A DNA stretch of 35,405 nt from an uncultured Rhodospirillaceae bacterium (GCA_964397055.1 CAYNIS010000003.1:1-35405); one strand, 5' to 3'. Shown: positions 1 to 8,905, counted from the first letter of the stretch. The notes: generated from the letters alone by a model not told the origin. Made by a program: numbers and translations.

Positions 1-85
1 CCGCGCTCGCCATCGGTTTCATCTTGGTTCAATTCGTCCACACGGCCTAGGGTCCTTCTTTCTTGAAGTGGGGAGGCAACGGCAC

Positions 86-937
86 GTGACGGCTAGCGGC
101 GATGGGGGCATCGGCGGTGGCGGCATCGAAAGGTTGGAGGACCTGCAGGCCGTCGAGCGACAGGCGATGGCGGACATGTCGCGCGCTGCTTCCGACGATC
201 TCAAACGGGCGCTCGATATCCGCAGCGACTTCGTCGACGGCGCGTTCATGTCGCTGGCGGCAAACCTGCCGACGACGGCCATCACCATCAATCGCACCAT
301 GGGTCTCGGCTTCGACGGCCCGCCCACCCGGGCCCAGGTGACCGAGATCGTTCGCCGCTATCGCGAGGCGGGGGTCACGCGCTTCTTCATCGGCCTGTCG
401 CCGCGCACGGATACGCCGGAGATGACGGCGTGGCTGACCGGCCTCGGCCTCGTCGAGGCACGAACCTGGAAACGCTTTTGGCGCGGCACGGCCCCGCCGC
501 CGGAGATCACGACCGACCTCGAGGTGGTCGAAGCCGGCCCGGAGCATGCCGAGGCGATGGGCCGGATCGCCGCCGAGGGGTTCGAACTGGGGTCGGCGGG
601 GGCACCGCTGTTCGCCCAGATGGTCGGACATCCGGGCTGGACGGTGTTCGTCGCCCTCGACGGCGACCGCGTGGTCGCCACCGGATCGCTGATCATGCGC
701 GGCACAACCGCACTCCTGGACTGGGGAGCGACCGCCCCGGAAGCCCGTGGCCGCGGCGCCCAGGGTGCGCTGATGGCGGCCCGCATCGCCAAGGCCATGG
801 CACTCGGCGCCGACATCATGACGACGGAAACCGGCGAGGAGGCGGAAGGGGACGAGCAGATTTCCTGGCACAACATCGTGAAGATGGGCTTCGAGCCCTA
901 CTACACCTTGCGCAACTTCGCGCCGCCGAAGGCCTGA
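86..937 (+). CDS. GNAT family N-acetyltransferase
   Basis: ORF 68..937. The C-terminal half has a GNAT acetyl-CoA motif-A-like stretch (APEARGRGAQGALMAARI) and a GFEPYY tail. GTG at 86 lies 9 nt after GGGGAGG (70-76), so I prefer it to GTG 68. Confidence 0.7.
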   Translation: MTASGDGGIGGGGIERLEDLQAVERQAMADMSRAASDDLKRALDIRSDFVDGAFMSLAANLPTTAITINRTMGLGFDGPPTRAQVTEIVRRYREAGVTRFFIGLSPRTDTPEMTAWLTGLGLVEARTWKRFWRGTAPPPEITTDLEVVEAGPEHAEAMGRIAAEGFELGSAGAPLFAQMVGHPGWTVFVALDGDRVVATGSLIMRGTTALLDWGATAPEARGRGAQGALMAARIAKAMALGADIMTTETGEEAEGDEQISWHNIVKMGFEPYYTLRNFAPPKA

Positions 938-1119
938 ACCCGATCCCGGCGTATCGACGTGGCCGGGCTTTGTCATCCGCGAGACCCGTCCCGGCCGGCG
1001 CCGTTCCGACACCACCGACCCGAAGCCGCAGGCCGCCGCCGCCGACGGCGCATGATGTCCAATGCCGACCACGATACGCTTATATAGGAGGCATGGTTAA
1101 CGGACCGGAGGCCCACACC

Positions 1120-2022
1120 ATGCCCAACCTGCGCGCCTTTCTGTCTCTGATCCTGGGCATCCTCATCCTTTGTACGGTGCTGCTGAGCGCCTCTCACCGG
1201 GAACTGCGCGAAGAGATCCACGGGTTCGAGGCGCGCCTCATCGACGGGCTGTCGACCCCGCGTCGAGCCGGCACGACGGAAGCCGGCGTCACCACGGTCG
1301 CCGATCTCCCCGAACCGGTGCGCCGGTACTTCGCCTTCACCTTTCCGGAGGGGCCGCCGACGAGCATCGCGGCCACTGACATCCTCGGGGTCGAGGTCGA
1401 GATGCGCGGGCAGTTCCGCCGGCCGCTCGCAGACGATTTCCATGACACCGCGGCGCGTCAGATCGTCGACGCGCGATCCCCGGGCATGGTCTTTTCCGCC
1501 AACACCTGGATCACGCCGCCGATCTGGGCGATCGCCTACGACGCCTACCTCGAGGGCGAAATGGAGATGGAAGCCCGGGTCCTGTCCGCCTTCACCGTCA
1601 TGCACCAGGGGTCGACCCCGGACCTCGACCGCGCATCCCTGCGGCGCTGGCTGATCGAGAGCCCGACCTATCCCACTGCACTGTTGCCGGGCGGGCCGGT
1701 CACCTGGGAGCCGATCGACGATCGTCACGCCCGGGCGGTTGCCCGCGCCCATGGGGTCGAGGCAGCCCTGGTCGCGACCTTCCGGGACGACGGCTCGCTG
1801 GCGCGGTTCGACGCGGAGGAGGACGGGGATCTCTCCACGCCCTATCACGGCTCCGGGGAGCATGTGGAACGGCGCGACTACCGCCGGGTCGACGGCATTA
1901 TGATCCCGATGGCGTTTACCATCGCGCGCGCCGCCGATGGCGACATTTTCCCGTTCTGGCAGGGTCGCATCACGACCTTCCGCTTCCTGCGCGAGGATGA
2001 GCCGGAGGCCCCGCCGGCCTGA
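1120..2022 (+). CDS. N-terminally membrane-anchored hypothetical protein (resembles the DUF6544-type family; weak recollection)
   Basis: This is the 3' part of track ORF 430..2022; the upstream part overlaps the GNAT gene and is R/G/P-rich junk. ATG 1120 lies 9 nt after GGAGG (1106-1110); ATG 1093 is an alternative. There is a hydrophobic N-terminal helix (LRAFLSLILGILILCTVLL) and an LPEPVRRYF motif. Confidence 0.6.
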   Translation: MPNLRAFLSLILGILILCTVLLSASHRELREEIHGFEARLIDGLSTPRRAGTTEAGVTTVADLPEPVRRYFAFTFPEGPPTSIAATDILGVEVEMRGQFRRPLADDFHDTAARQIVDARSPGMVFSANTWITPPIWAIAYDAYLEGEMEMEARVLSAFTVMHQGSTPDLDRASLRRWLIESPTYPTALLPGGPVTWEPIDDRHARAVARAHGVEAALVATFRDDGSLARFDAEEDGDLSTPYHGSGEHVERRDYRRVDGIMIPMAFTIARAADGDIFPFWQGRITTFRFLREDEPEAPPA

Positions 2023-2163
2023 CCCGTCCTTGGGCGTTCGACCCGGCGGTTAACCGCGTCTCAATCGTTGCCGACCTCTACTCCAGGACACCCTCGGGCG
2101 GCTCAATGCCACCTTGGGGTTCACGCCGCAAATGCCGTGTCCTGTCCGACAGAAGAGGGTTCG

Positions 2164-2586
2164 ATGGCGCGCACGGTCGCGGTCGGCTGTGCCGGCAGCG
2201 ATGGGGAGGTCGACCGGATCGAGACGGCGGTTCATGAAGCACTCACCAATGCGCTGCTGCATGGCTGCCTGGAGGTCGACGGCTTCTCCCGGTCCAGCGC
2301 CGACAGCCTCCTGGAGCAATCGGCCAGGATCGCGGCGCGCGCGGACGACCCTGCCTATGCAACTCGGCGCATCCGGTTGTCGGTGGTCCCGGCGGACGGG
2401 GGACACATCGTCGTGGTCGGCGACGACGGGCCGGGCTTCGACCCCGACGCGATCGGCAACGGCGCCGGGCGCGGCATCACGATCCTGACCCGGCTGGCCG
2501 ATGCGGTCGCCTACTCGACGGTGGGCAACGTCGTGCGGCTGACATTCCGGACACCGGCTCCGCCGGTGGCACCTGGGCCGGCCTGA
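2164..2586 (+). CDS. HATPase_c-only serine kinase / anti-sigma regulatory factor (RsbW/SpoIIAB-like)
   Basis: N-box EALTNALLHG, G1 box DDGPGFD, G2 box GRGITIL. About 140 aa counted from ATG 2164, which follows GAAGAGGG. Third-codon positions are strongly GC-rich. The track ORF begins at 2068. Confidence 0.7.
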   Translation: MARTVAVGCAGSDGEVDRIETAVHEALTNALLHGCLEVDGFSRSSADSLLEQSARIAARADDPAYATRRIRLSVVPADGGHIVVVGDDGPGFDPDAIGNGAGRGITILTRLADAVAYSTVGNVVRLTFRTPAPPVAPGPA

Positions 2587-4314
2587 TCAGGCCTCGCGCC
2601 GACGCACGCACACCAGCGTCAGATCGTCCTCCGGCGACCAGCCGAGCCGCTCGCCGAGCAGCGAGGTGACCGCGCCCGCCGGCTCTTCCCAGGCCGCCGC
2701 GGCCGCCAGCACCTCCTCGAACACACCCTGACCCTGGGCACGGTCGAGCGGGTCCAGCCCCTCGACCAGGCCGTCGCTGAACAGGGCGAACATCGCCCCC
2801 GGCGGCAGCTTCAGGGACCGGGTTGGATAGGTCCGGCCCGCCTGGATGCCGAGCGGCAGCCCGCGCCCGCTGCCGCGCAGAACGCCCGCCTCGTCGGCGA
2901 GCACGACCACGGGGTCGGGTGCGCCGGCGGCGGCATAGCGGATCTCGCCCCTGGCAACGTCGACCACTGCGACGACCGCCGTCGCATAGCGCCCCGTCGG
3001 CAGCTGTTCGACCAGGAAGTCGTTGATGCGGGCGAGGTAGGCGCCGGGATCGGCCTCCGACATGGCGGTTGCGGCATGGACCGCGTTCAGGCGGAACACG
3101 TAGAGCGCGGCATCCACGCCGTGGCCGGAGAAGTCGTAGACACAGAGCGCGAAGCAGTCCTCCGTCAACGGCGAGAACGTCCAATGGTCGCCGCCGAGAT
3201 GGGACGACGGCCGGAACAGGCTGGAGATCGCGGCACCGTAGCCGGCCTCGATCGCCGCGACCCGCTGGCGCGACGGCAGCAGGTGCATCTGCAGTTGCTG
3301 GGCGGCCTGGAGCTCATCCTCGACCCGCTTGTGGAGGACGCTCAGACGCTCATGCGCCGCAGCCAGCGCGCCATAGGCGTTATGGAGTTCGCCCGCCTGG
3401 GCCTCGATCGTGCGCAGGGTCTGCTTGCGCTGGGTGATGTCGGTGACGGTGACGACGAGCCCGGCGCCCGACGGCGTGATCGCCATTTCCAGCTCGCGCG
3501 TGGTGCCCGCGACGGTGATCGCGGCATGCACCCGGCGCGGGGCGGCGGCGGCCAGCACGAGGGCCATTTCCTGCCTCAGCCGCCCGGCGGAGACCAGGTC
3601 GAGGAGGGCGCCGAACGCCACCGCCTCGACGCTGTCGTTGGCCGGGATGGCGAACATGTCGGACGCCGCCGGGTTGGCGAACTGGATGTCGAAATCCCGG
3701 ACCTCGCCCCGGATGCCGCGCAAGGGCATGACGAACATGACGCCGGAGGCGCTGTCGGTGACCAGCACGTTCAGCAACTCGGTCCACAGGAAGATCGGCC
3801 GCATATGGACGATCAGGTCGGTCGGCTCCTTCGGCTCCGAGCGGACCGGCAGGATCAGGCGTTCCCAGGTGTGCACGGCCTCCGCATCGACCGACCGGCT
3901 GACGACATGGATCGGCAGTTCGACCGCCAGCGATTCCCGATAGAGCTGGTCGAGGAAGCCCGCGGTCTCCCCGTTGTGGCCGAGCCCTGATCCCCGGTGG
4001 CTCGGCTCCCGGGGGCTCGGCTCCCGGGGGCTCGGCTCCCGGGGGCTCGGCTCCCGATGGCTCGGCCCCCAGGTGCGAGGCACGTCGCGGGCCGCGCGCT
4101 GGCCGACATGGCGGGGGCGGAGATCGCCCCCGGTCGGGGCAACTAGAAGAGCGAGGTCGTCGCCGTAGCGCGCGATCGAGGCCGGGACGATGTCGACGGC
4201 GTCGGGCACGCCTCCGCCGGCCGGTGCCGCCATGCGCCAATCGGCGAGGAGGGCACGCATGTCCGGGTGCGAGACACGGACGTCGATGGCGCCGAAATGA
4301 ACCCGGTCGAACAC
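2587..4314 (-). CDS. PAS-domain sensor fused to a PP2C/SpoIIE-family serine phosphatase (RsbU/RsbP-like)
   Basis: The C-terminal ~230 aa has SpoIIE-type motifs (GGDHW..., VYDFSGHGVDAAL, ...LFSDGLVE, DDLTLVCV). A central PAS ends in TDITQRK, followed by a coiled-coil linker. The N-terminus resembles a PAS_5/DUF1457-type domain. GTG start at 4314. Confidence 0.8.
   Translation of the reverse strand: MFDRVHFGAIDVRVSHPDMRALLADWRMAAPAGGGVPDAVDIVPASIARYGDDLALLVAPTGGDLRPRHVGQRAARDVPRTWGPSHREPSPREPSPREPSPREPSHRGSGLGHNGETAGFLDQLYRESLAVELPIHVVSRSVDAEAVHTWERLILPVRSEPKEPTDLIVHMRPIFLWTELLNVLVTDSASGVMFVMPLRGIRGEVRDFDIQFANPAASDMFAIPANDSVEAVAFGALLDLVSAGRLRQEMALVLAAAAPRRVHAAITVAGTTRELEMAITPSGAGLVVTVTDITQRKQTLRTIEAQAGELHNAYGALAAAHERLSVLHKRVEDELQAAQQLQMHLLPSRQRVAAIEAGYGAAISSLFRPSSHLGGDHWTFSPLTEDCFALCVYDFSGHGVDAALYVFRLNAVHAATAMSEADPGAYLARINDFLVEQLPTGRYATAVVAVVDVARGEIRYAAAGAPDPVVVLADEAGVLRGSGRGLPLGIQAGRTYPTRSLKLPPGAMFALFSDGLVEGLDPLDRAQGQGVFEEVLAAAAAWEEPAGAVTSLLGERLGWSPEDDLTLVCVRRREA
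3986..4072. repeat. 15-bp tandem repeat, about 5.5 copies (unit ctcggctcccggggg), in frame inside the phosphatase CDS
   Basis: Direct reading: three identical copies at 4001-4015, 4016-4030 and 4031-4045, with degenerate copies on both sides. On the minus strand it encodes HREPSPREPSPREPSPREPSHR. Confidence 0.9.
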
Positions 4315-4543
4315 GCTGGGGAACCACTGGTAGCCGGACGCGGGATGCCCCCCGGACAGCGTTCTACCGCCCGGTCGAAGACATCGGGCGGGAGTATGGG
4401 GCGACCGGTCCTACCAGATCATGAACCCGACGACGGGCCGCCCGATCGGTTGCTGAGAGGCCGGTTGCAAAAACCGGCAGGCAGGTGCGACGCTTCGCCC
4501 CAATGGACGACAAGACAAGTCCGCCGTCAGGAGGAAACCCGCC

Positions 4544-5779
4544 ATGCGCTTCGGCGTCTTCTATGAGCTGCAGAATCCCAAGCCGTGGGACGAGACCTCG
4601 GACCATCGCCTGGTCCACCAGGCGATCGAACAGGTGTGCCTGGCCGACCGCCTCGGCATCGATCACGCCTGGGCGGTCGAGCACCATTTCCTCGAGGAGT
4701 ACTCCCACTGCTCCGCGTCCGACGTGGTGCTGGCGGCCCTCGCCTCACGCACGCAGCGGATCCGCCTCGGCTTCGGCATCCGCCAGGTGATCCCGAACTA
4801 CAACCACCCGGCGCGCACGGCGGAAAGCGTGGCAATGCTCGACCTGGTCTCCAACGGCCGGGTCGAATTCGGCATCGGCGAGGGCGCGACCCGGCTCGAA
4901 CTCCACGGCTTCAACATCCCGGCCAAGCGCAAGAAGGCGCTGGCGCTGGAGGCCGCGGGCGAGATCGCCAACATGATGGTGATGGAGCCCTATCCCGGGT
5001 TCGAGGGGGAGGGCTTCACCATGCCCTGCCGCAACGTCCTGCCGAAGCCGCTGCAGAAACCCCACCCGCCGATGTGGATGGCGTGTTCCAACCGCCAGAC
5101 GATCGAGATCGCGGCGCGGAACGGCCTGGGCGCGCTCGCCTTCACCTTCCTCGACCCGGAGGAGGCGAAGACCTGGTCCGACATCTACTACGGCATCATC
5201 CGCTCTGAAGAATGCGTGCCGCTCGGCCACCGGGTGAACGCCAACATCGCCCTGGTCGCCGGCTTCGGCCTCAATGAGGATGCGGAGGAGGCGCGCCGCC
5301 GCGGGGCCGACGGCCTCGCCTTCTTCCGCTATGCGATCAACGCCCTGGTCGCCAACGATGCCCGCCCCGGCCGCTCGCGCCTGTGGGAGGAGTATGAGGA
5401 GTTGCGCGGCCGCGACCTGCCGACCCTCACCGCCCCGGGCATCGACACGCCGGACGCCTTCGCCAACTACGTCCGCGAGTTCCAGGCGGTGGGCGTCGAC
5501 CAGATCATCCTGTTGCAACAGGGCGGCAAGAACCGGCACGAGCATATCTGCGAGAGCCTGGAGCTGTTCGCGAAGACCGTGATGCCGGAATTCGTCGAGG
5601 GCCGAGCGGCACGCGATGCCAAGAAGGCCGCCGACCTTGCCCCCCATGTCGAGGCAGCGCTAGCCCGCAAGATCTGGCGCCAGCCCCTGGCGGAGGAGGA
5701 AATCCCGGTCGTCGGCGCGACCCGGGAGAAGGAAGCGATCTACCGCACGGACGGGGCGGAGGCTGCCGCCGGGGGCTGA
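4544..5779 (+). CDS. LLM-class (luciferase-like) flavin-dependent oxidoreductase
   Basis: N-terminus MRFGVFYEL..., then ...AWAVEHHF... and RVEFGIGEG, typical of luciferase-like monooxygenases. AGGAGGA lies 8 nt upstream of ATG 4544. Confidence 0.85.
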   Translation: MRFGVFYELQNPKPWDETSDHRLVHQAIEQVCLADRLGIDHAWAVEHHFLEEYSHCSASDVVLAALASRTQRIRLGFGIRQVIPNYNHPARTAESVAMLDLVSNGRVEFGIGEGATRLELHGFNIPAKRKKALALEAAGEIANMMVMEPYPGFEGEGFTMPCRNVLPKPLQKPHPPMWMACSNRQTIEIAARNGLGALAFTFLDPEEAKTWSDIYYGIIRSEECVPLGHRVNANIALVAGFGLNEDAEEARRRGADGLAFFRYAINALVANDARPGRSRLWEEYEELRGRDLPTLTAPGIDTPDAFANYVREFQAVGVDQIILLQQGGKNRHEHICESLELFAKTVMPEFVEGRAARDAKKAADLAPHVEAALARKIWRQPLAEEEIPVVGATREKEAIYRTDGAEAAAGG

Positions 5780-5985
5780 TCGCTCCCCCGGCTTGCCTTC
5801 GGGCCTGGGGGCATGCTGCTGTCGCGCCCGTCGATCGAGGCCAGCCGCAGAGGTCCGACCTGCCGGCAAGGGCCGCCGCGGCCTCCCCCCGACCCGTGTC
5901 CTGCCTGCCGACGTCCTTGACCCCTGGCCCATGCGCGGGATACCGCCTCGCCCCATTGCACCGCAAAAGGGCGAGGGCACGCGAG

Positions 5986-6993
5986 GTGGATTGGCTGGTC
6001 GAGTTCGTTTGGCTGCTTGCCGACCAGTTGCGTTCGCCCACCCTCGCCTTCCTGATCGGCGGCATGGTGCTGGCCGCCTGCCGCAGCAACCTCGAAATCC
6101 CCGACGCGGTCTACAAGTTCGCGGTCTTCGCGCTCCTGATGCGGATCGGCCTCGACGGCGGCATCGAACTGCGCACCGCCGACCCGGCGGCGGTCGGCCT
6201 GCCGGCCCTGATGGCGGCGGGGATCGGGGCCGGCATCGTCCTCCTCGGCCGTGGCACGCTCGCCCTGCTGCCCGGGGTCAAGCGCGAGGACGCGATCGCA
6301 ACCGCCGGCCTGTTCGGGGCGGTCAGCGCCTCCACCCTCGCCGCCGCCATGCTGGTTCTGGAGGAAGAGGGCATCGGGTATGAGGCGTGGCTGCCCGCGC
6401 TCTATCCGTTCATGGACATCCCCGCCCTGGTCGCCGCCATCGTGCTCGCCGGGCTCCATGAGACCAAGGTCGGTCCCGGCGACAGCCGCGGCGGGCGGAT
6501 ATCCGCGGTGATGGCCGACAGCCTTCGCGGCTCGGCGATCTCCGCCCTTCTGCTCGGCCTCGGCCTCGGCCTCCTGGCCCGGCCCGATGCGGTGTTCCGG
6601 GACTTCTACGACCCGTTGTTCGCCGGGTTCCTGTCGATACTGATGCTCATCCTGGGCATGGAGGCATATTTGCGCCTGGGCGAGCTCGCCCGGGTCGCAC
6701 ACTGGTATGTGGTCTATGCCGCCCTGGCACCGCTGGTCCACGGGCTGGTCGGCTTCGGCTTCGGCTGGGTCGCCCACCAGTGGACCGGCTTCAGCCCCGG
6801 CGGGGTCGTCTTGCTGGCGGTCCTGGCCGGGTCCAGCTCCGACATCTCCGGCCCGCCGACCCTGCGCGCGGGCATCCCGACCGCCAACCCGTCGGCCTAT
6901 ATCGGGGCGTCGACCAGCATCGGGACACCGGTCGCCGTGGTCCTCGGCATCCCGCTCTACGTCGCCCTGGCGCGCGCCGTCTTCGGCCTATGA
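5986..6993 (+). CDS. sbtA: SbtA-type sodium-dependent bicarbonate transporter family permease (DUF897/Sbt_1)
   Basis: The N-terminus (...LRSPTLAFLIGGMVLAA...) matches the SbtA family start, and the protein is polytopic and hydrophobic throughout. GTG 5986 was chosen by family N-terminal alignment; the track ORF starts at 5896. Confidence 0.75.
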   Translation: MDWLVEFVWLLADQLRSPTLAFLIGGMVLAACRSNLEIPDAVYKFAVFALLMRIGLDGGIELRTADPAAVGLPALMAAGIGAGIVLLGRGTLALLPGVKREDAIATAGLFGAVSASTLAAAMLVLEEEGIGYEAWLPALYPFMDIPALVAAIVLAGLHETKVGPGDSRGGRISAVMADSLRGSAISALLLGLGLGLLARPDAVFRDFYDPLFAGFLSILMLILGMEAYLRLGELARVAHWYVVYAALAPLVHGLVGFGFGWVAHQWTGFSPGGVVLLAVLAGSSSDISGPPTLRAGIPTANPSAYIGASTSIGTPVAVVLGIPLYVALARAVFGL

Positions 6994-7332
6994 CCCGGGC
7001 GTCTCGAACCGGTGGCCGCGGAACTTCTCCGGCCGCAGGATCTCGACCGGCTCCAGATAGGCGATGCCGGAATAGGTCGAGAAGTAGCGCTCCACCACCT
7101 CCTCGACGATGCGGGAGGCGACGTCGCGGTCGGTGGTGATCACCTCTATCCGGACATTGGCGAAGGCGTCGACCACCGACGCGCGGGAGGTCGAGCGGAT
7201 ACCGCGGCTGCCCTTGCCGCCGGCCGCCACCGCCGTATAGCCGGTGGCCCCGGCCGCGTCGATGATCGCCACCACCTGATCCAGGATCAGCTTCTCGGTG
7301 ACGATCACGACCTTGGTTGCAGGTTGGAACAT
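6988..7332 (-). CDS. sbtB: PII-like signalling protein, SbtB type
   Basis: KVVIVTEKLILDQVVAIIDAAGATGYT...GGKGSRGIRS (T-loop) closely matches my recollection of cyanobacterial SbtB. 114 aa. It has no C-terminal Cys-x-x-x-x-Cys extension. Confidence 0.8.
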   Translation of the reverse strand: MFQPATKVVIVTEKLILDQVVAIIDAAGATGYTAVAAGGKGSRGIRSTSRASVVDAFANVRIEVITTDRDVASRIVEEVVERYFSTYSGIAYLEPVEILRPEKFRGHRFETPGS

Positions 7333-7347
7333 GGTCCGGCGCCGCCG

Positions 7348-8145
7348 TCAGTAGATCGACTTTGCCTCGCCGGACGGCGTTGCGGCCCCGGCCCTCATCG
7401 TCTTCACCGTCTGGTTGGCGGCGGCGCGCAGGAGGTTGGTGTCCATGCCGACGGTCGCGAGGTCGAAGCCGAGATCGAACATCTTGAGCGCGTATTCCGG
7501 CGCCTGGGTGTGGATGCCGGCCTTGAGGCCGTGCTTCTTGGCGCCGGCCAGGATCTCCTTGATCGCCTCGAACGCCGGGCCTTCCTCCCGGTCCGGGGTC
7601 GGGCCGACGCCGAGCGTGATGCCGAGGTCGCTGGGGCCGATATAGATGCCGTCGAGGCCCGGGACGGAGAGGATCGCGTCGAGATTGTCCATCGCCTGGC
7701 GCGTCTCGATCATGGCAATGGCGAGCAGGGTCGAATTCGCCTCCTCCGCATAGCCCGCCCCGGCATACATCGACGCGCGCGAGGGGCCGTAGCTGCGATA
7801 GCCGGCGGGCGCGTAGCGGCAGGCGCCGACGAAGCGCTCGCACTCCTCCTTCGTGTTCACCATCGGGCAGATGATGCCGTAGGCGCCGGCGTCGAGCAGC
7901 TTCATGATGATGCCCGGCTCGTTCCACGGAACCCGGGCGAGCGGTGTCGCATCGGTCTGGGCGGCGGACTGCAACAGCGCCAGGGCCGTCTGATAGTCGA
8001 TCAGGCCGTGCTGCAGGTCGACGGTGATGCTGTTATAGCCGGCGCGCGCCATGATCTCGGCCGAGACACCGCTCGGGATCGCGAGCCAGCCGTTCACAAC
8101 CGGCTCACCCGCCGCCCACTTGTCCTTGACGCCATTCGCCCGCAT
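7348..8145 (-). CDS. HpcH/HpaI family class-II (pyruvate) aldolase
   Basis: Family-typical stretches: ...GWLAIPS...AEIMARAGYNSITVDLQHG..., ...ARVPWNEPG..., ...AMIETRQAMDNLDAILSVPGLDGIYIGPSDL.... ATG 8145 lies 7 nt after GGAGG. The track ORF extension to 8373 is rejected. Confidence 0.85.
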   Translation of the reverse strand: MRANGVKDKWAAGEPVVNGWLAIPSGVSAEIMARAGYNSITVDLQHGLIDYQTALALLQSAAQTDATPLARVPWNEPGIIMKLLDAGAYGIICPMVNTKEECERFVGACRYAPAGYRSYGPSRASMYAGAGYAEEANSTLLAIAMIETRQAMDNLDAILSVPGLDGIYIGPSDLGITLGVGPTPDREEGPAFEAIKEILAGAKKHGLKAGIHTQAPEYALKMFDLGFDLATVGMDTNLLRAAANQTVKTMRAGAATPSGEAKSIY

Positions 8146-8260
8146 CGCCGTTCCTCCCGCTGCACGTCGTCTTCGTTGGTCTTGCTCCACCAGCATTGCC
8201 GCCCGGGGTCCCCCCTTGTCCAGCCACGTCAGGGTCGGCGGCATCGAAACGCCGGGACTC

Positions 8261-8740
8261 TCAAGTCCTCGGGCGGCGGGCCGACGGGTCGGTGAAGAAG
8301 CGCGGCAGCGAAAAACCGAGGCCGTAGAGGGCGCAGAGGAAGTAGGTGCCGATGGCAAGCCCGGAGGCGACACGGCAGCCAGTCTGGTCGATCAGTTCCG
8401 GCGCCGCACAGCTGTCGTCGATCGGGGCGGCGGCGAACAGGATGATCAGGCCGAGGACCGCGCGCAGGAAGGCGACCAAGGTCTTGCCCCGGGCGACCGC
8501 CATGGCGCCGACACTGCCGGCCCAGCCGCCGACGGCCAGAACATGGAGGCTCGCGACGATGCCGCTGGTGGTCGTCGCCCGGACCAGGCTGTTCGGCCCC
8601 TGGGCGATCTCGACCCCGAAATCGGCCTCGGCCAGGCCCAGGACATGAAGGCCGGCCCAATGGCCGACGACCGCCCCGAAACCGAAGCCGACCAGGCCGA
8701 CCGCCGGCACCACCTCGAACGTCTCGCGCTCCCCCTTCAC
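8261..8740 (-). CDS. hypothetical integral membrane protein (about 4 TM segments)
   Basis: GTG 8740 is preceded by GGGAG 8 nt upstream. GC3 is very high throughout and there are four hydrophobic segments. I recognised no family. Confidence 0.55.
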   Translation of the reverse strand: MKGERETFEVVPAVGLVGFGFGAVVGHWAGLHVLGLAEADFGVEIAQGPNSLVRATTTSGIVASLHVLAVGGWAGSVGAMAVARGKTLVAFLRAVLGLIILFAAAPIDDSCAAPELIDQTGCRVASGLAIGTYFLCALYGLGFSLPRFFTDPSARRPRT

Positions 8741-8905
8741 GTCTCAAGCTCCCAATTGCGGCGGTGCTGCCCGCCCGGCCGACCCGGGCCGTCCGGCTCG
8801 CCTGCCCTTTCCTCGGCCCCCCTTGGCTTGCCATAGTCGGGCAAACGACAAGATCGGCCGAAACAAAAAAGTGAGGCCGGCAACCGGAAAGGGAGGCAGC
8901 AAGCC

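Noticed and set aside
430-1119. Upstream 230 codons of the 530-aa ORF 430..2022
   Set aside because: This part overlaps the GNAT gene in another frame and is R/P/G-rich. A hydrophobic N-terminus with a good RBS begins at 1120.
4460-4478. Hairpin gccggtt-gcaaa-aaccggc in the divergent region between the phosphatase and LLM genes
   Set aside because: It is a short 7-bp stem with no U-tract and no recognisable riboswitch context. It is likely incidental and not enough to call a regulatory element.
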